A stretch of DNA of 64,000 nt from an uncultured Acidobacteriota bacterium (GTDB taxonomy: Bacteria; Acidobacteriota; Thermoanaerobaculia; UBA5066), in NCBI GenBank assembly GCA_963779415.1, contig CAVZYA010000002.1, positions 1 through 64,000 of the forward strand, read 5' to 3'. Position numbers and translations under genes: made by a program. A model generated the notes under the pieces. It did not search any database. It was not told the origin of the DNA and worked only from the letters and a program-made list of their open reading frames with translations. This document shows positions 1-7,474 of the stretch, in pieces; position 1 is the stretch's first letter, and the number at the start of each line of letters is the position of its first letter.

Positions 1-17
1 GGGTCCTCACCCCATTT

Positions 18-893
18 CTAGCCAGGTAGCTCTGCGAGTTTTCGGGCTTCGATCCGGTTCGCGTCCTCTGTTTGTCCGGCCCGGTACCGGGCCGGCGTTT
101 CGAGCCCCAGGCTGCTGTGTGGCCGCTCGTTGTTGTACTCCTCCTTCCACCTTCCGAGGATCTCCCGGGCATCCAGGAGGTCTCGGAACCAATGCTGTGA
201 GAGGCACTCTCGTCTGACCGTGGCGTTGAAGGACTCGGCGTAGGCGTTGTCGACCGGCTTCCCAGGCCTCGAGAAGACCAGCTCCACCTGATTCCAGTAG
301 GCCCAGGCGTCCAGCGCCTTCGAAGTGAACTCCGTCCCGTTATCAACCTGGATTCGCCGCGGAAGGCCGCTACGGGTCCTGCCGGCGCTTCCCAAGATCT
401 TCGCGACGTCACCTCCGCGGAAAGACGACGCCGCCTCGAGGGCGACACATTCCCGCGTGTACGTGTCGATGACGGTCAGGACCCTCAGACGGCCGCCGTC
501 GGCCAGAGTGTCGTGCATGAAGTCCATCGCCCAGGTTTCATTCGGCCTCTGAGGCTTCGGCTGCTCGACTCTCCGGGCCGCGCTCCGCCGCCTCTTCGGC
601 CGCTTTCGCCGCAGCCCCAGCCCTTCCTCGATGTAGAGCCGGTACGTCCGCTTGTGGTTGATCTTCCAGCCCTCCCTCCTGAGGTAGACGTGCAGCTGCC
701 GATACCCCGCGTGTGTCCGGGCCCCCGCAAGCTCCCGCAGTCGCCTTCTCAGCGGCTCCTGGTGTGGCTTGCGGCTTTGGTACCGCACGCTCGACCGATT
801 CACCGCCAAGAGCCGGCACGCCCGGCACTGCGAAACCCGGTAGGAGGACTCGGCCCACGCCACGACGGTCCGCCGTTGCGTGGGCCTCACCAT
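18..893 (-). CDS. IS3-family transposase OrfB (DDE catalytic domain), expressed as OrfAB by -1 frameshift
   Basis: Motifs WAMDFMHD, VIDTYTRE, VDNGTEF, PGKPVDNAYAESFN, YNNERPHSSLG. Confidence 0.93.
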   Translation of the reverse strand: MVRPTQRRTVVAWAESSYRVSQCRACRLLAVNRSSVRYQSRKPHQEPLRRRLRELAGARTHAGYRQLHVYLRREGWKINHKRTYRLYIEEGLGLRRKRPKRRRSAARRVEQPKPQRPNETWAMDFMHDTLADGGRLRVLTVIDTYTRECVALEAASSFRGGDVAKILGSAGRTRSGLPRRIQVDNGTEFTSKALDAWAYWNQVELVFSRPGKPVDNAYAESFNATVRRECLSQHWFRDLLDAREILGRWKEEYNNERPHSSLGLETPARYRAGQTEDANRIEARKLAELPG

Positions 894-900
894 TTTTTTC
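887..900 (-). other. Programmed -1 frameshift site (A AAA AAA)
   Basis: Minus strand reads CGA AAA AAA TGG TGA; A7 run at 893-899 where OrfA and OrfB overlap, typical of IS3. Confidence 0.85.
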
Positions 901-1153
901 GGAGGGCCTCCTGCAGGATCGTTCGGTCCAGCGTCAGGTCCGCCACGATCCCCTTCAGCTTCCGATTCTCCTCTCGAACCTGCCGCAGCTCCCGCAGCTC
1001 CGTCACCCCAAGCCCCGCGTACTTCTTCTTCCACCGGAAGTACGTCGCCTCGGCCACGCCCATCTTCCGGCAGATCTCCTCCACCGGCGTCCCGGCCTCC
1101 CCCTGCCGCAGGGCCACCGCGATCTGCTCCTCCGTGTACCGGCTCTTCCTCAT
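887..1153 (-). CDS. IS3-family transposase OrfA (HTH)
   Basis: MRKSRYTEEQI...EICRKMGVAEATYFRWKKKYAG...LTLDRTILQEALRKKW; GGAGG RBS upstream. Confidence 0.93.
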   Translation of the reverse strand: MRKSRYTEEQIAVALRQGEAGTPVEEICRKMGVAEATYFRWKKKYAGLGVTELRELRQVREENRKLKGIVADLTLDRTILQEALRKKW

Positions 1154-1258
1154 CGATCCGTCCTCCAGGCTCCTCCCAGAGCCTCAGAACGAACCGAAAT
1201 CTACGCCCCTTTACGAGAGTCGCCCTGGACTAAGAAACGGGGAGAAGACCCATCTGTT

Positions 1259-1374
1259 GTGGCAGTTTCACGCAGGCTCAGAGCATCTGGGGTCAACCCA
1301 TTCCAAGTAAGCAACCGCCATTGAATGAATCGGTTAGCTCGGGGCTCAGGTCACGCGCCTGAAACTGCCACCCC
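1259..1374. repeat. Two head-to-head copies of the distal half of the att-arm repeat
   Basis: GTGGCAGTTTCA (1259-1270) is the exact reverse complement of TGAAACTGCCAC (1360-1371); each half resembles the arm at 3250-3302 or 23265-23324. Confidence 0.7.
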
Positions 1375-1583
1375 ACTCCCCCACCTCCCATTTCGTATCG
1401 ACTATCTCGGGGCCGATCCTTCAGGTCCTGGTTCGAAGAGCGGCCTGACGGACCGTTACGACACTCGGAGAGCGGGGCCGGCGTCTGTCGACCTGTGCCC
1501 GCCAACCTATAAGGCGAGCTCGAACCGCCAGCCCGAGCGCGCCATGGAGTCGGGCGATTCCCGGCGCAGCCCCACACGATTTC

Positions 1584-1630
1584 TTGACACCTCTCGCCCG
1601 TTGTCATATATTGAGAATTAATCTCAGTAT
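1584..1630 (+). promoter_or_regulatory. sigma70-type promoter with adjacent Fur-box-like operator
   Basis: TTGACA (1584-1589)-N17-TATATT (1607-1612), then TGAGAAT-T-AATCTCA (1612-1626), a 7-1-7 inverted repeat resembling the Fur consensus TGATAATnATTATCA; AT-rich patch in GC-rich DNA. Confidence 0.72.
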
Positions 1631-1714
1631 TATGAGGACCAGCCTTCACATTCGATTCCGGACTCGACTCTGTAGCCCGGCGAAAGTCAACCCGCAACCG
1701 AGAAAGGAGACACC

Positions 1715-2017
1715 ATGGCAGGAAGAGGAGCCGCAGCGGCTTTACGTGGGATTCCGAGCGACGTGAAGGCTGCCATCGCGAAGCAGCTCATAGGCACCAG
1801 CCTCGAGAAACTCGGAAGAGTGCGTGTGTTTCCCAAGGGAATACCGTTTCCGGATGAGTGGTCGGTCAGCATCCTCCCGAGTTCGCCCGCAAACGCGAAG
1901 CGAATCATCGACGCCTTGACGGCGCGGCCCGGGCTCGGGCACTTCGAAGTCTTCCCGTACGGCATCGTCAATCCCGAGATCGGGCGCATCGAGATAGGCA
2001 TCGGCTCGAGAGGGTGA
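1715..2017 (+). CDS. 100-aa hypothetical protein with duplicated VFPxGIxxP(D/E) motif; candidate radical SAM substrate or partner
   Basis: AAAGGAG RBS; repeats VRVFPKGIPFPD and FEVFPYGIVNPE; stop overlaps next start (TGATG). Confidence 0.82.
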   Translation: MAGRGAAAALRGIPSDVKAAIAKQLIGTSLEKLGRVRVFPKGIPFPDEWSVSILPSSPANAKRIIDALTARPGLGHFEVFPYGIVNPEIGRIEIGIGSRG

Positions 2018-3096
2018 TGGTGGAAGGCGCGCACGCCGGGCAAGAGTGCGGCGGAATTCTGCAGGTACATCCGACGCGGCTCTGCAACCTGGCGTGCGCG
2101 CACTGCTACTCTTCGTCGTCCCCCGGAGCCCGCACAATGCTCCGGCCCGACCAGATCACCGGGGCGATCCAGGATGCCGCCGCGTTAGGGTTCAACGTCG
2201 TGTCCTTGTCGGGTGGCGAACCTCTGGTCTACGACGGCCTCGAAGAGGTAATCGACGCGGCGCACCAGGTGGGAAGCCGGGTCAATCTCGTCAGCAACGG
2301 AATCCTCATCCGCTCGCGCCGCTACGAGCGGCTTGCGGGCCGGTTCCGCATCGTGGCTCTCAGCCTCGACGGGTTACCCGAACGTCACAACGCCATTCGC
2401 GGCTCGGAGAAGTCGTTCGAAAGCGTCCGCGCGGCCGCCGAGGAACTCCGGCGTTCCGGTCAGCCCTTCGGGATCATTCACACCCTGTGCTCCGAGTCGA
2501 TGGGTGAGATCGAGGATCTGGCCGGAATCGTTTCGGACTGGGGAGCATCCCTCCTGCAGTTGCACCCCTTCGAGCCGGCCGGCCGCGGCACCTCTGCGGC
2601 CGGCATGACCGAGCTCTGCGACGACGAACGGCTGGACGCGCTGCTCATGGCAGCCGTCCTTCAGGAGGACTTCCCGAAACTCCGCGTCCAGCTCGACCTC
2701 GTTCACCGCGAGGTCGCGCGTCGAATCCCGGCCGCGATATACGGCGCTTCGCTGAAGGAGCCGATGGAACCACGTGAACTCGTGCTGCAGGACGATGGCC
2801 GGATCCTGCCGCTCACCTACGGGATGGACGGTGCGTGGACGGTCGCGGACCTGTCGAAAGAGCGGCTCTCCGCAGGCTGGACGGAGTTCATGGAGAACCG
2901 ATGGCTTGACCTGCGACGGTGCCTTCGAAGGGCGTGCGTCGCGGCCGCGCGCGGGCGCCACGGCGAAGTCGTCGCCTGGCATGCACTCATACGTCGCTAC
3001 GCTGAGTCGGGAGCCGCCCACACGGAACGCGCCTCGCGCTGGCCTGCCCAGACTCGTTCGAGCTCCTGTTCTTCGGCTGTGTCGCGACAGATGTAG
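2017..3096 (+). CDS. Radical SAM enzyme (PqqE/AlbA-like core, no SPASM cysteines)
   Basis: CNLACAHC (CxxxCxxC), SGGEP, SNG, SLDG, HNAIRG; start at 2017 inferred from the TGATG overlap. Confidence 0.9.
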   Translation: MVEGAHAGQECGGILQVHPTRLCNLACAHCYSSSSPGARTMLRPDQITGAIQDAAALGFNVVSLSGGEPLVYDGLEEVIDAAHQVGSRVNLVSNGILIRSRRYERLAGRFRIVALSLDGLPERHNAIRGSEKSFESVRAAAEELRRSGQPFGIIHTLCSESMGEIEDLAGIVSDWGASLLQLHPFEPAGRGTSAAGMTELCDDERLDALLMAAVLQEDFPKLRVQLDLVHREVARRIPAAIYGASLKEPMEPRELVLQDDGRILPLTYGMDGAWTVADLSKERLSAGWTEFMENRWLDLRRCLRRACVAAARGRHGEVVAWHALIRRYAESGAAHTERASRWPAQTRSSSCSSAVSRQM

Positions 3097-3345
3097 GGGC
3101 GCCACGGGACTTCTGAGGTCCCGTGGCGCGAAGAGACCAGCGTCACGCCTCGCGTAGGCGCTTGTTCGACCGGGTACGGTCCGCTACGCGAACCACGTTC
3201 TCGGGCCGAACAGAGAGCGGTCAACCCGTTCTCAGCCCCGAACCGCCTCCGAGTGAATGAGTTGACCTGCGGTGCGCCGAGCCGACGTGAAACTGCCACC
3301 CCACCCTTATTCGACGCGGGACCCTATGTCCATTGCACCGTTACA
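3092..3345. mobile_element. Non-autonomous TGT...ACA element enclosing one att-arm copy
   Basis: TGTAGGGGCGCCACGGGA at 3092 and TCCATTGCACCGTTACA ending 3345; arm repeat at 3178-3302 inside. Confidence 0.6.
3178..3302. repeat. att-arm repeat without tRNA core
   Basis: GGTCCGCTACGCGAAC...GTTCTCGGGCCGA...TCAACCCGTTCTCAGCC...TGAAACTGCCACCCC, collinear with 12784-12909. Confidence 0.8.
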
Positions 3346-3374
3346 GCAGCCATGAAACGCCGCCGCTGGTGCGC

Positions 3375-5219
3375 CTACAGAGACGGCTTCGAAGGGGCCT
3401 CGGACGCCTTCGGCGCATTCGACGCCCAAGCCACCTTGCCCGCGATGGCGAGCCAGTCGGCGCCGCTGTCGACCGATTCGATCGTGAAGGGAAGGTTCTC
3501 GGGCATCTGGAAGAGCGTGACGTCCGTGTACGTCTTCGTCAGGAGAGGGCCGATGACGTTCACGAACCAGCCGGCGACACCCTTGCAGCGCGGCTCGATA
3601 CGCACGTTGCGGAGGACGAAGCGGCGTTTCGGCGCATCGACGACGAGGTCCGCCTTTCCTTCCGTGTCGCAGATCTGCCGGAAGAGACGGCCTTTGGCCT
3701 CCTTCTTCTCCACCGTTACGCCCAGATCGACCACGAAGCAGGTTCCGCCGCAGGGGCTGAAGTGCCGCGGCTCGATCACGAAGTCGACCTTGCGCATGAG
3801 AGCCGAAATGTCCTGGCTCCACTTGGCCCGCAGAACCTCGAAGGCCGCCCGCTCGATGGGAGGCCACGGCACTTTGAACTGATACTCCCCTCGGACGACG
3901 CCCTCGTCGCCGCTGCCTGCGTCCTTCAGGTGGAGCGTCGCCGTGAACGGTCCGTGAAAGACGAGCGGGACGCGCCGCTCGCCGACCTCGGCGACCGGAT
4001 AGTTCACGACGAGCAGATAGTCGATGCGATAGTCGAACCCGAGCTCCACGTCGCCGGTCGCCCGGCCGTCGACGACCGTCGCCCCGTGCGTGCGCACCTT
4101 GAAGTTGCTCGCCGAGACAAGGGTTCCGCCCCGATCGAGGACGCCCGTTTTCCCGAACAGCTCCGCGTCGACGATCCCGGAGTAACGTCCGTCCGGCCGG
4201 ACGTGCAGATCGCGGACCGTGAAGTGCGAGGGCGTCTCGACGCCGATCTTCGGACCCCCGGGCAAGCGGAACTCTCCCGACGTCAGGTCGAGATCGAAGG
4301 CGCCGGCGGAGATCTCCGTCTGGAACTTCCCGTCGTCTCCGGATCGGACCTGGAACGCACTGTCCTTCAATTCGCCGTGCGAAAACGTACTGCGGCCCCC
4401 GACAAAGGCGACGGACCCGTTCTCGACCTCTCCGTCGAGCCAGCCGGAGACCGTGAGCTGTGCCCGCTGGTCGCTCCGAGCCGGCCGGTAAACGCCCTCG
4501 TCTACCGCGACACGCGGGGGCCTGCCCGTCCTGGGCTGTACGGCGGTCTTGAACTCGACCATCTCGCCGAACTCCAGCGGGCGCCAGCCAAAGGCCGCGA
4601 ACTCCGAGTCGTGGATGCGGACCTCCCGGACGAGGTCGAGGAAGGTCGCTCCGGACGTATCCACGGTCTTCGACTCCAGGACCTCGCCGCGCACGACGGA
4701 GGGAACGTCTGTGTGAAGGTGGAGGTTCTGGAGCGCCGACATCGCGAGACCGTGAAAGATTCCGAGGATCGGCCTCCAGATCCCGCGGCCGCGGAAACGG
4801 GCCTCCGTGATTCCCTTCCCCTCCTCGAAATGGATGCTCTCGATGAAGACACGGGGGCGCAACCCTTTACCGCGCAGGAGGAGCTGGCCCTCGGTGACCG
4901 CGAAGTCGAGGCGCCGGACCCGTCCCTCGGCCGCATCGACAACGAGCGTCGCCTTTGGCGCTCCGATGGCTTCCACCGTCCATCCGGGAGCCGCCGGGGT
5001 ACGGCCCGCCGCGAGGTCGATCTCGAGATTCAGCTTGCCGCTGTCCACGCACGCGGCGATCTGATCGAGCAGGATCCGCGGGTCCGGCGCGGCGGAAGTT
5101 CCCGACGAGCGGACCGCGGGCGCTGCGGGAGCGGGCGGAGGCCCCGGCGCCTGCGCGAAAGCAGGCGCAGCGACGAGAACCAGGACGAGCGGGGTCCCCT
5201 TACCGCGACGCGTCGACAT
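3375..5219 (-). CDS. Large exported hypothetical protein, beta-rich
   Basis: 614-aa ORF from ATG 5219; signal peptide ending AFA-Q, then Pro/Ala linker; protein-like composition. Confidence 0.75.
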   Translation of the reverse strand: MSTRRGKGTPLVLVLVAAPAFAQAPGPPPAPAAPAVRSSGTSAAPDPRILLDQIAACVDSGKLNLEIDLAAGRTPAAPGWTVEAIGAPKATLVVDAAEGRVRRLDFAVTEGQLLLRGKGLRPRVFIESIHFEEGKGITEARFRGRGIWRPILGIFHGLAMSALQNLHLHTDVPSVVRGEVLESKTVDTSGATFLDLVREVRIHDSEFAAFGWRPLEFGEMVEFKTAVQPRTGRPPRVAVDEGVYRPARSDQRAQLTVSGWLDGEVENGSVAFVGGRSTFSHGELKDSAFQVRSGDDGKFQTEISAGAFDLDLTSGEFRLPGGPKIGVETPSHFTVRDLHVRPDGRYSGIVDAELFGKTGVLDRGGTLVSASNFKVRTHGATVVDGRATGDVELGFDYRIDYLLVVNYPVAEVGERRVPLVFHGPFTATLHLKDAGSGDEGVVRGEYQFKVPWPPIERAAFEVLRAKWSQDISALMRKVDFVIEPRHFSPCGGTCFVVDLGVTVEKKEAKGRLFRQICDTEGKADLVVDAPKRRFVLRNVRIEPRCKGVAGWFVNVIGPLLTKTYTDVTLFQMPENLPFTIESVDSGADWLAIAGKVAWASNAPKASEAPSKPSL

Positions 5220-5327
5220 AGGCGGATGTCCTGGAACACCAGAAGCGCACGACCACAACGGGACACTCGTCTTTCATTCATGAGGATATCAAGTGAAATG
5301 AGGCGTCGCCCGCGACGGCGATTGATC

Positions 5328-5371
5328 GAGCTCGAGGAGCTCTTTGTAAGAGCTCTAGGAGCTCTTTGTAA
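5328..5371. repeat. 22-bp tandem duplication in divergent intergenic region
   Basis: GAGCTCGAGGAGCTCTTTGTAA / GAGCTCTAGGAGCTCTTTGTAA (21 of 22 identical). Confidence 0.8.
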
Positions 5372-5921
5372 TCCAGATCGTCGGCCGACATCGACGGGCG
5401 CTCTCCGTCGAATTGAACGAAAGACCATTTCATCTTGATTGAGTCCGTCACGTCTCATGAACTGCCTGCGATGCAAGCACTTGAGCTCTCTCGCCCCTCC
5501 TCGGTGGCCGGAACGCCCCTGTGGCCGCGCAGAGGCGAGGGGCGGCATGAGGCTCCGCGCCGGCAGAACAAGTGGCCGCCGAATTGCAGTGCTGCCTTCA
5601 GGAGTCTTCATGCCCAGCCCATTCTCCACGGTGCTCGCGGCCGACCAAACCGTTGAGCTTGGGGGCGTCCTGCCCCTCGACCTCTACCCGTGGATCGCCT
5701 GCCCTCCGGCCGGGGACTGCCACCCGGCCCCTTCCTTTCGGAGAACGGTATGACAGGTGACACCTATCACGAGGCGGGGTTGGGGAAAGCCAGGGGGAAG
5801 GTCGGCGCGGCCCTTACGGGACTCGGCAAGGCTATCAAGAGATAAGAAGAACGTCGGGAACGTGACCGCCAGGCCCGGCGCAGCCGACAAGGGGCGGATC
5901 ACCCAAAGAAAGGGGGCCTCA

Positions 5922-6071
5922 ATGCTCTGGACCATCTTCGTCATTCTTCTCGTCCTCTGGCTGCTCGGACTGGTGACGTCGTACACCATGGGCGGGTTCA
6001 TTCACATCCTGATCGTCATCGCGATCGTCGTCCTCGTGATCCAGCTCATTCAGGGACGAAGAGTCGGGTAG
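5922..6071 (+). CDS. lmo0937/DUF5670-family small membrane protein
   Basis: MLWTIFVILLVLWLLGLVTSYTMGGFIHILIVIAIVVLVIQLIQGRR; AAAGGGGG RBS. Confidence 0.88.
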   Translation: MLWTIFVILLVLWLLGLVTSYTMGGFIHILIVIAIVVLVIQLIQGRRVG

Positions 6072-6222
6072 CCACTCACGACCTTGTCGGCGACGACAAG
6101 GTATCGGAATCAACGGTGATGAGCAGGTCGAGACGGCTTTCACGGCCCCTCACGGCAGGTTCGGGGACGGAAGTCTCGCGGCAATCGTTCTTGCAACGAA
6201 ACAACGAAAGGGAAACTCCGCC

Positions 6223-6537
6223 ATGAAGAAGCTGCATGTCCTCGTCCGCTACCTGATGCCGCTGGTGCTGGTCGCAAGTATTGCCGGCTGCACATCGACG
6301 AAAACACACGAGAGCACGGGACAGTACGTCGACAACACCGTCATCACGACGGAGGTCAAGACCGCCCTCGCCAGCGATGATCTTCTCAAGTCGTTTCAGA
6401 TCAGCGTGACGAGCTACAAGGACACCGTGCAGCTGAGCGGCTTCGTCAACTCTCAGGCGGCCAAGGACAAAGCCGGAGAGCTCGCCAGGGGCGTGAAGGG
6501 AGTCAAGGTAGTAAAGAACGATCTGATCGTGAAGTAG
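6223..6537 (+). CDS. BON-domain (OsmY-like) lipoprotein
   Basis: Lipobox SIAG-C; STGQYVDNTVITTEVK...VQLSGFV...VKGVKVVKNDL. Confidence 0.9.
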   Translation: MKKLHVLVRYLMPLVLVASIAGCTSTKTHESTGQYVDNTVITTEVKTALASDDLLKSFQISVTSYKDTVQLSGFVNSQAAKDKAGELARGVKGVKVVKNDLIVK

Positions 6538-6664
6538 GCGATCGTGACGAGGGCTGCAAGGGAACAGCTACCTTTCTGGAAGCGGAAGAATCTGAGGCAT
6601 CGAAGGGCAGCGGGGCGTTTCTCGGCGGAGCTCCGCTGCCCCATACGCGCGCGATAATGAGCTC

Positions 6665-7024
6665 ATGAAACTCCTGAACGCTCGTCTCCATGGCTTTCTC
6701 GATCTCGCCACCGTCGCGGTCTTCCTTCTCGCGCCGTTCTTCTTCGGGCTTGGTGGCTACGTGGCGGCCGTTGCTTGGGGGCTTGCGGTCGTCCATCTCC
6801 TGATGACTATTCTCACGCGCTTTCCGCTCGGCCTCGTGAAGGTGATTCCCTTTCCAATCCATGGGATGGTCGAGCTCGTCGTCGGAGTCGTCCTCGTGCT
6901 CGCCATGCCGCGTTTGATCGGCGCAAGCCTCGGCTCGCCTGCGCGAACGTTCTTCATCGGCGCGGGCGTGGCCATCCTCGTCGTCTGGGTGCTGACGAAC
7001 TACCGGGAGTCTCCGCAGTCCTGA
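6665..7024 (+). CDS. SPW-repeat-like small membrane protein
   Basis: Four hydrophobic segments; HGFLD...APFFFG and GLVKVIPFPIHGMVE motifs. Confidence 0.72.
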   Translation: MKLLNARLHGFLDLATVAVFLLAPFFFGLGGYVAAVAWGLAVVHLLMTILTRFPLGLVKVIPFPIHGMVELVVGVVLVLAMPRLIGASLGSPARTFFIGAGVAILVVWVLTNYRESPQS

Positions 7025-7093
7025 ATGGCGGGATGCGCTTCATCCCATTAATGAAGAGCCTGTCACCCGGCGAGGCCTCGCCCCGCTGGGCCC

Positions 7094-7365
7094 GTTAACC
7101 GCTTTCGGCCGCTCTCGATATTTCAGGCCACCAGAGAGCGGCTCCTCCGCGAATTCGGCTCCCCCGAGCGAGGCGATCGCGGGGTTCTTGTTGACCGCGA
7201 GCCTGCTAGAAGTTCGCGGGGGAAAGGAGTGGCTCCGCAGCCGATCCGCCACGCGAACTCGGTTTCCTGGCCGAACTGAGAACTTCGCAATGTTCTCAGG
7301 TCAGAACTCTTTCTCCTTCTTCTACTTCTGAGCCGGACCCGAATCTGATCTGAGACTGCCACCCC
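7094..7365. repeat. Complete att-like junction: arm + tRNA-Asn 3'-end core + arm
   Basis: GAGTGGCTCCGCAG (7227-7240) identical to 31876-31889; left arm matches 31644-31670 and 31826-31875; right arm ends TGAGACTGCCACCCC. Confidence 0.85.
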
Positions 7366-7474
7366 AGTGACCAGGCTGCACCAGCGTCTGCGGGGAAGGG
7401 CTGGCGAAGTTGTGGAGGCGCGCGGCGCGACCTGACCGCGGGGCCTTTCGGGCCTAAGCTGGACGGGAGACCCT

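Larger units (their letters stand above)
1..1252 (-). mobile_element. IS3-family insertion sequence, apparently intact (first base of one IR probably just outside the window)
   Basis: Imperfect terminal IRs: GGGTCCTCACCCCATTTCTAGCCAGG at 1-26 vs minus-strand TGGGTCTTCTCCCCGTTTCTTAGTCCAGG starting at 1252; encloses OrfA and OrfB. Confidence 0.93.

Noticed and set aside
1858-2016. N-terminal extension of the rSAM ORF in the ORF track
   Set aside because: Out-of-frame overlap with the 100-aa gene; the TGATG junction gives a better start.
3333-5438. 701-aa plus-strand ORF
   Set aside because: Antisense shadow of the minus-strand exported protein, typical of high-GC DNA.
5440-5760. Short ORFs in the divergent intergenic region
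   Set aside because: No convincing RBS, motif or composition; possibly degraded DNA.
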